The notes beneath the pieces are model-generated. The model was not told the DNA's origin, did not search any database, and saw only the letters and a list, made by a program, of their open reading frames with translations. The position numbers and the translations under genes were made by a program. A stretch of DNA of 64,000 bases from Roseateles sp. (lineage in GTDB: Bacteria > Pseudomonadota > Gammaproteobacteria > Burkholderiales > Burkholderiaceae_C): positions 9,308 through 73,307 of the forward strand of contig NZ_DASWYS010000050.1 in assembly GCF_036404855.1 (NCBI RefSeq). The letters are read 5' to 3'. The number at the start of each line of letters is the position of its first letter. Positions within the stretch are counted from its first letter, which is position 1. This document shows positions 59,325 through 64,000 of the stretch, piece after piece.

Positions 59325-59979
59325 ACGTTATGGAACTCGCATCCAGGTCGCCCTGATCGCCGTCATGGCGCTGGCAGGCGCCTGGGCCTTCATGCAGCTG
59401 CCGGCGGGGACTCAGGTGCCGGTGCACTTCAACGCGCTGGGAGAGGCCGATGGCTGGGCCGCCGCAGGGCTGGGCCTCTTCATGCTGCCACTGCTGGCCT
59501 TGGGCCTGCTCGGCCTGCAATGGGTGCTGCCGCGGCTGGATCCGCGCGGCGAGAACCTTCGCAAGTCCGGCAAGGCGCTGGCGACGATCTGGCTTGCGGT
59601 CACGCTGCTGCTGGCGCTGGTGCAGGCCCAGGTCGTGGCGATGTCGCTCGGTCAGGCCGGCCCGGCGCCTCGTCTACCCATGCTGTTGATGGGAGGCCTG
59701 TTCGTCCTCATGGGCAATGTGCTGGGCAAGCTGCGCTCCAACTACACGGTGGGCATCCGCACGCCATGGACGCTGGCCAACGAGCGCGTCTGGGACCAGA
59801 CCCACCGCTTCGCCGGCAAGGTGTTCGTCGTGGCCGGCCTGCTGCTGGTGGCGCTGTCGATGTCGCCGCTGCCGCCGCAGTGGCAGGCTGCGGCCATCTG
59901 CGGCACGGCACTGGCTGCCGCGGCGGTGTCGGTGCTCAAGTCCTACTGGCTGTGGCGCCGGCAGCAGGGTGGGGCCTGA
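59317..59979 (+). CDS. SdpI/YfhL-family immunity-like membrane protein (DUF1648 plus SdpI)
   Basis: 'VPVHFNALGEADGW', 'GNVLGKLRSNYTVGIRTPWTLANERVWDQTHRFAGKVF'; overlaps the repressor gene. Confidence 0.9.
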   Translation: MFERYGTRIQVALIAVMALAGAWAFMQLPAGTQVPVHFNALGEADGWAAAGLGLFMLPLLALGLLGLQWVLPRLDPRGENLRKSGKALATIWLAVTLLLALVQAQVVAMSLGQAGPAPRLPMLLMGGLFVLMGNVLGKLRSNYTVGIRTPWTLANERVWDQTHRFAGKVFVVAGLLLVALSMSPLPPQWQAAAICGTALAAAAVSVLKSYWLWRRQQGGA

Positions 59980-59985
59980 GCGAGA

Positions 59986-60744
59986 TCAGTTCATCCAGCG
60001 CAGCCCGGCCCGGGTGTCGCCGCGCGGACGGTATTCCAGGCCGACTGCGCCGTTCCAACCGCGTGCATCGAGCAGGGCCAGTTCGGCCGCGTACTCGCCC
60101 GCCTCGGGCTCATGACGGCCATCGACGCCGGCCACCTGCACATGCCCCAAAAGGTCCAGATCCAGCGCCCGGGCAAGGTGGCTGAGCGATTCGCCGCCTT
60201 CGGTGATGCGGCAGTGGTAGAGGTCCAGTTGCAGCTTCACGCGCGGCGAGTCCAGCGCGGCCAGCAGTGCCAGAGCATGGGACTGTCGATGCAGGAAGTA
60301 ACCCGGCATGTCGCGGCGGTTGATGGGCTCGACGGTCAGCGTCAGCCCGGCTGGCGCCCGCGCCGCGGCCCAGGTGAGGTTGGCCAGCCACGTGGCGCGC
60401 GTGTCGGCATCGACTTCAGCAAGCCCTGACATGATGTGCATGACGGGCGCGCCGGCCTGCTGCGCCAGCTCGAAGCCGCGCAAGCAGTTCTCGCGGAACT
60501 CCGCCTCGCGCCCGGGCAGGGCGGCGAGGCCACGATCGCCCTGCGCCCAGTTGCCCGCGGGGGCATTGACGAGCGCGACGGGTAGGCCGCCCAGGCGAGC
60601 GAGCAGCGCCTCGCGGTTCTCCAGGTGGGCGAGCAGCAGTTCGACGCGGTAGAAGCCGTCGGTGCGCGCGGCGTCGATGCGATCAAGGTAGGCCAGCTCA
60701 GGGTAGAGCCAGTCCAGGTTGGCGGCGAAGCGGGGCGGGATCAT
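59986..60744 (-). CDS. Hydroxypyruvate isomerase (Hyi/OtnI) family TIM-barrel protein
   Basis: 'RFAANL.WL', 'GDRGLAALPGRE.EF', 'EPINRRDMPGYFL', 'DLYH', 'HVQVA...RHEP', 'GLEYRP'. Confidence 0.9.
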   Translation of the reverse strand: MIPPRFAANLDWLYPELAYLDRIDAARTDGFYRVELLLAHLENREALLARLGGLPVALVNAPAGNWAQGDRGLAALPGREAEFRENCLRGFELAQQAGAPVMHIMSGLAEVDADTRATWLANLTWAAARAPAGLTLTVEPINRRDMPGYFLHRQSHALALLAALDSPRVKLQLDLYHCRITEGGESLSHLARALDLDLLGHVQVAGVDGRHEPEAGEYAAELALLDARGWNGAVGLEYRPRGDTRAGLRWMN

Positions 60745-61364
60745 TTGGATTCCGCCACCAGGGCCGGGTTCAGGCGCGGATCGTTGTACATCTTGAATTG
60801 CCGGTAGATCTTGAAATAGGCCCGGCCGGCGCGGGCGTCGGCCAGCAGTTCGTCAAAGCAGTTGCCCAGGTCTGCGCGCTGCTGCGTCAGCTGCTGCAGC
60901 CGCTCGCCGCAGAGCTGCCGATGCGCATCGTCGACGTCGGTGCGCAGCGTCTGCTCGCGCATCGCGGCGATCTTGAGGCCGAGGATGGAAATGCGGTCCA
61001 GCATGGCGCCGGCGGTCTCGCTGTTCAGCCGCACGCCGCCCCGTACGGTCGAGCGGGGCAGAGGGCTGGCAAGCGTCTGCGGGTCGACGAGGTGCAGCGC
61101 GCTGAGCAGGAACTCGTCGATCCGTTCGATGGCGTCGTTGCGAGCCTGGTTGTGGCGGTCGATGGCGCGCTTGTTGGCAACGATCTCGGCGTCTGCGGCC
61201 AGCGTGCGGCGCGCCAGATCCTCCTGGGCCCACAGGCAGCGGTTGTGGAAGTGGTTGGCGGCGATGCAGCCGGCAAGGTCCGTGGTCTCGGCGGCCACCG
61301 GGGGCTCGGCGAGTGCCTGATCGTGCGCGGCGGTGATGTCGGCGGAGGAAGGCAGGGAGATCAT
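60741..61364 (-). CDS. DUF4254 domain protein
   Basis: 'N..LWAQED.AR', 'KRAIDRHNQARND.IERID', 'SET.G..LDRISIL.LK', 'FKIYRQFKMYNDP'; ATGA-coupled to hyi. Confidence 0.85.
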   Translation of the reverse strand: MISLPSSADITAAHDQALAEPPVAAETTDLAGCIAANHFHNRCLWAQEDLARRTLAADAEIVANKRAIDRHNQARNDAIERIDEFLLSALHLVDPQTLASPLPRSTVRGGVRLNSETAGAMLDRISILGLKIAAMREQTLRTDVDDAHRQLCGERLQQLTQQRADLGNCFDELLADARAGRAYFKIYRQFKMYNDPRLNPALVAESK

Positions 61365-61402
61365 GGGGCGCGAGAATCTCACACCACTCTGAATGTTTGC
61401 TG

Positions 61403-62404
61403 ATGATAGAAGCCCGGCCCTTGATTGTTCGCCTGCGCAATTTCGTCGGAGACACGGTGTTGAGCCTGCCGGCGCTGCGGCTGCTGCAAGGGCGGGGCTA
61501 TCGCCTGGAGCTGGTGGGCAAGGGCTGGGCGCGAAGCTTGCTGGAGGCCGAGGGGTGGACAGTGCACGTCCGGCCCGATGGCCTGCGCGAACGTGTCGCG
61601 CAGTTGCGCGAGCTGCGGCGGCACCTTTTGGCCGAGGACCCGGGTTTCGATGCGCGCTCGAACACGCTGCTCCTGCCCTACGCCTTTTCGGCCGCGCTGG
61701 ATGCGCGCCTGGCCGGGTTGCGGGCTGAAGGGCATGCAGGGGAAGGCCGCAGCTGGCTGCTGCGGCGCGCCCACCCGCGCCGCGAGGGCCAGCACACGCT
61801 GGAGGAATACTGGGAGCTGGCCTGCGACTTCCTCGGGATCTCGGCCGAGCCGCCGGAGAGCATCGGCAAGCAGGTCAGCGAGGCGCAGCGAGTGCAGGCA
61901 CGGGCGCTGTTGGCCGCGCAGGGCATCGAGCCGGGCCGCTTCGTGCTGATCTGCCCGTTTGCCAACGGTCGCGTGGAGTTCCTGGAGCGCAGCTGGCCGG
62001 CTTTCCCGGATTTCGTGCGGCGCCTGCATGCTGCGGGGCGTCGGGTCGTCATCGTTCCGGGGCCGGCCGAGGTTCAGGGGGCCAGGGACCTGTACCCCGA
62101 CGCCACCCGCCTTGATGGCGTGACGCTGGCGGTTTACAGCGCGCTGCTGCAGCTGGCCGGTGTCGTTGTCGCCAACGATACCGGGCCGGCCCACATGGCC
62201 GCGAGCGTGGGCGCGCGGCTGCTGAGCATCTGGGGGCCGGTCGACCCCGACCGCTGGGCGCCGTGGGGGTCCACGGTCACACTGCTGCGGCGCCAGCCCG
62301 GTTGGGTCGGTGTCGACGAGGTCCAGTCAGCCGTGGATCAGGCCTTGCCCTGGGCCGCGATGGCGGCGGCGGCCTTGGCGGCCGCTTCGGCGTCGCCCAG
62401 GTAG
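61403..62404 (+). CDS. GT9 glycosyltransferase (LPS heptosyltransferase/WaaF-like)
   Basis: '[15 protein letters not shown]', 'AALDARLAG', 'HTLEEYWEL', '[16 protein letters not shown]...IWGP'. Confidence 0.85.
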   Translation: MIEARPLIVRLRNFVGDTVLSLPALRLLQGRGYRLELVGKGWARSLLEAEGWTVHVRPDGLRERVAQLRELRRHLLAEDPGFDARSNTLLLPYAFSAALDARLAGLRAEGHAGEGRSWLLRRAHPRREGQHTLEEYWELACDFLGISAEPPESIGKQVSEAQRVQARALLAAQGIEPGRFVLICPFANGRVEFLERSWPAFPDFVRRLHAAGRRVVIVPGPAEVQGARDLYPDATRLDGVTLAVYSALLQLAGVVVANDTGPAHMAASVGARLLSIWGPVDPDRWAPWGSTVTLLRRQPGWVGVDEVQSAVDQALPWAAMAAAALAAASASPR

Positions 62405-63081
62405 TAGCTCTTGATGGGCTTGAGGTTGGCGTCCAGCTCGTAGACCAGCGGGATGCCGTTGGGGATGTTGACACCGACGATGGCGTCGTCGGCGATGCCG
62501 TCCAGGTACTTCACCAGCGCGCGGATGCTGTTGCCGTGCGCGGCGATCACGACGCGCTGGCCGCTCTTGATCGTCGGTGCAACGGTGTCGTTCCAGAACG
62601 GCAACACGCGAGCCACGGTGTCCTTCAGGCATTCGGTCAGCGGCACGTCGCCGTCGGCCAGGCCGGCGTAGCGGCGGTCGCCGCGCTCGCTGCGCGGGTC
62701 CGTCGCTTCCAGCGCCGGCGGCGGCGTGTCGTAGCTGCGACGCCAGATCAGCACCTGTTCTTCGCCGTACTGCTTGGCCATGTCGGCCTTGTTCAGGCCC
62801 TGCAGCGCGCCGTAGTGACGCTCATTCAGGCGCCACGAATGGCGCACCGGCAACCAGGTGCGGTCCATCTGGTCCAGGCAGTGCCACAGCGTCCAGACGG
62901 CGCGCTTGAGCACCGACGTGTAGGCGATGTCGAAGTCGTAGCCTGCTTCCTTCAGCAGCCGGCCGGCCGTCTTGGCCTGCTCCACGCCGGTGGGCGTCAG
63001 GTCCACATCGGTCCAGCCGGTGAAGCGGTTTTCCAGGTTCCAGGTCGATTCGCCGTGGCGAATGAGGACGAGCTTGTACAT
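62338..63081 (-). CDS. gpmA: 2,3-bisphosphoglycerate-dependent phosphoglycerate mutase
   Basis: '[10 protein letters not shown]', 'LNERHYG', 'AHGNSIRAL', 'NIPNGIP'. Confidence 0.98.
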   Translation of the reverse strand: MYKLVLIRHGESTWNLENRFTGWTDVDLTPTGVEQAKTAGRLLKEAGYDFDIAYTSVLKRAVWTLWHCLDQMDRTWLPVRHSWRLNERHYGALQGLNKADMAKQYGEEQVLIWRRSYDTPPPALEATDPRSERGDRRYAGLADGDVPLTECLKDTVARVLPFWNDTVAPTIKSGQRVVIAAHGNSIRALVKYLDGIADDAIVGVNIPNGIPLVYELDANLKPIKSYYLGDAEAAAKAAAAIAAQGKA

Positions 63082-63115
63082 GGGCGAGAGTCGCGCAGGT
63101 GGTGGGAAGCGGCGG

Positions 63116-63136
63116 ATTATCCGACCCGGCGATAAT
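63116..63136. promoter_or_regulatory. Back-to-back GATAAT -10-like elements for gpmA (-) and rhodanese-grxC (+)
   Basis: ATTATC (63116-21), 9 bp, GATAAT (63131-36). Confidence 0.45.
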
Positions 63137-63169
63137 CATCGGCTTCGTTGAATTACACGGGATGCTTGC

Positions 63170-63580
63170 TTGAACTTCCTGATCGAGAACTGGTTTTTGC
63201 TCGTCGCTGCCGTCGTGTCCGGCGGCATGCTGCTCTGGCCCATGCTGGTGTCGGGCTCGCGGGGCGCCGCCGTCGGCCCTGCCGAGGCGGTGCAGCTGAT
63301 CAACCGTGAGAAGGGCGTGCTCATCGACGTCAGCGAGCCCGAGGAATTCGCCAAGGGCCATGCGGTCGGCGCGCGCAACATTCCCTTTGGCCAGATCGAG
63401 GGCCACAAGTCCCTGCCCAGCAACAAGGCCCTGCCGCTGGTGTTGGTGTGCCCGACCGGCGCACGCGCTGGGCGTGCTGCTGGCATGCTTCGCAAGCTGG
63501 GCTACGAAAAGGCCCGCGTGCTGGCAGGCGGCCTCAAGGCTTGGCGCGACGCCAATCTGCCGGTCGAAAAGTCCGCCTGA
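63170..63580 (+). CDS. Membrane-anchored rhodanese-domain protein (YibN-like)
   Basis: TTG start, N-terminal TM, 'IDVSEPEEFAKGH..GA.NIP', 'VCPTG.RA', 'LAGGL.AW'. Confidence 0.9.
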   Translation: MNFLIENWFLLVAAVVSGGMLLWPMLVSGSRGAAVGPAEAVQLINREKGVLIDVSEPEEFAKGHAVGARNIPFGQIEGHKSLPSNKALPLVLVCPTGARAGRAAGMLRKLGYEKARVLAGGLKAWRDANLPVEKSA

Positions 63581-63615
63581 GCGGGCTTTCGCAAGGCTTC
63601 CGAGAGGATTGGTGA

Positions 63616-63876
63616 ATGGCTTCCGTCAAGATGTACACAACCCTGGTCTGCCCCTTCTGCGTCCGCGCCAAGATGCTGCTGAAGCAGCGCGGCGTGAGCC
63701 AGATCGACGAGATCCGCGTCGACCTGAACCCGACCGAGCGCCAGGCCATGATGGACAAGACAGGCCGCCGCACGGTGCCGCAGATCTTCATCGGCGACAC
63801 CCATGTCGGGGGGTGCGACGACCTGATCGCGCTGGATCAGCGGGGCGGGTTGGTGCCCTTGCTCCAGTCGGCTTGA
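63616..63876 (+). CDS. grxC: Glutaredoxin 3
   Basis: 'CPFC', 'TVPQIFIG', 'GGCDDL'. Confidence 0.95.
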   Translation: MASVKMYTTLVCPFCVRAKMLLKQRGVSQIDEIRVDLNPTERQAMMDKTGRRTVPQIFIGDTHVGGCDDLIALDQRGGLVPLLQSA

Positions 63877-63992
63877 TTTCAAGCCCGGGCAAGCCCCGGG
63901 CGGCCTGTCACGGGCCGTCGCCCATAATCCGCATACCGCCCGCAGCATGCCGTCTGCGGGCTTTTGTTTGACGCTCCGCTAGAAAGAGTCCC

Positions 63993-64000
63993 ATGGCCGA
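63993..64000 (+). CDS. Probable start of secB (truncated by the window end)
   Basis: ATG GCC GA after an AGAAAGAG RBS-like sequence and CATAAT at 63923-28; the identity rests only on the usual gpmA-rhodanese-grxC-secB synteny. Confidence 0.45.

Noticed and set aside
55972-62404. Accessory block as a mobile element or genomic island
   Set aside because: No integrase, transposase, tRNA target or flanking direct repeats seen; it may be horizontally acquired but cannot be called mobile

Overview
This is a GC-rich betaproteobacterial chromosome segment. Gene content and synteny suggest Burkholderiales, probably Roseateles/Pelomonas-like (inference). Most of it is housekeeping: ftsY, ffh, pilSR, nrdAB, a histone H1-like gene, prmA-accCB-aroQ, rnb-tonB-aroE-mtgA, mpl-hemL-thiD-like, rubredoxin plus the pilGHIJ-chpA chemosensory cluster ending in a diguanylate cyclase, photolyase, yqgE-yqgF-pyrR-pyrB-pyrC'-plsC and gpmA-rhodanese-grxC-secB. 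There are two accessory blocks. (1) 1-7818 is a pectin/rhamnogalacturonan-type utilisation operon (GH43-GH35 fusion, GH2, GH105, GPH transporter). (2) 55972-62404 holds a MocR/YdcR-type regulator whose PLP-binding residues are all replaced, divergent from an MFS exporter across a perfect 13-bp inverted repeat, plus an orphan SdpR/SdpI pair and a DUF4254-Hyi / GT9 module. The best leads are the PLP-less MocR-MFS unit, the GH43-GH35 chimera, a 22-bp spacer that appears to drive two divergent leaderless transcripts (phrB/yqgE), the DGC attached to the Pil-Chp operon and the DUF4254-Hyi-GT9 module. I saw no rRNA, tRNA, CRISPR array, integrase or transposase. All family calls come from recalled motifs; no database searches were run.
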